Source: Candidatus Delongbacteria bacterium
GTDB taxonomy: Bacteria > UBA4055
Length of the DNA: 37,579 nucleotides
Assembly: GCA_016937995.1 (NCBI GenBank)
Contig: JAFGVM010000021.1
Coordinates: 1 to 37,579, forward strand
Reading direction: 5' to 3'
Positions 37,431 to 37,579 of the stretch are shown piece by piece. Below the pieces are notes generated by a model. That model saw nothing but the letters and a program-made list of their open reading frames with translations. It did no database searches and was not told where the DNA came from. The position numbers and the translations under genes are program-made. Numbering within the stretch: the stretch's first letter is position 1; each line of letters begins with the position of its first letter.

Positions 37431-37579
37431 ATGCCAGTATTTAAATTTATACCCCAGCATTTTATCAGCAATTTTAAAAATGTCAGAAAGACAGGATATT
37501 TTATTACCAAAGGATATGTAATGTTTGCTGATCTATCCGGTTTTACAGCTATGAGCGAAAAATTATCAAAGAAAGGTAA
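37431..37579 (+). CDS. 3'-truncated class III adenylate/guanylate cyclase (ADCY10-like N-terminus); absent from the ORF track
   Basis: GGAG at 37422-37425, then MPVFKFIPQHF...GYVMFADLSGFTAMSEKLSKKG running off the window; FAD.SGFT is the class III cyclase metal-binding motif. Confidence 0.85.
   Translation, partial: MPVFKFIPQHFISNFKNVRKTGYFITKGYVMFADLSGFTAMSEKLSKKG

Overview
AT-rich bacterial DNA holding one co-directional (+ strand) block of about 21 genes. Nearly all encode exported or cell-envelope proteins (signal peptides, two lipoboxes). The window opens inside an Ig-domain gene and closes with an intrinsic terminator (37335-37372) and the start of a class III nucleotidyl cyclase gene. 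The centre (9.5-26 kb) is an array of large modular surface proteins built from Kre9-like Ig, ASH/PapD-like, CARDB, Fn3-like, PPC and Big_5 modules; two end in the FlgD-Ig/T9SS-type 'QNYPNPFNP' sorting domain. Flanking them are four FlgT/LPP20/CsgG-like proteins (one DUF6175-like), a frameshifted TssR-like gene with no other T6SS genes, three predicted outer-membrane beta-barrels (one with ~36 G[YF][DN]xx repeats), two non-catalytic FGE-sulfatase (C-type-lectin fold) proteins and a signal-peptide-bearing YidD-like/TPR pair. Four otherwise unrelated proteins share a ~100-aa module with a conserved 'D.TA..R...D....CA..K' motif. Together these suggest a possibly uncharacterised envelope-spanning surface-display or secretion system (inference). 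FlgD-type C-termini, Gln at +1 after signal peptides and GGAG Shine-Dalgarno sites point to a non-Bacteroidia FCB-group organism such as Ca. Delongbacteria or Cloacimonadota (inference). All domain calls come from motif recognition by eye; no searches were run.
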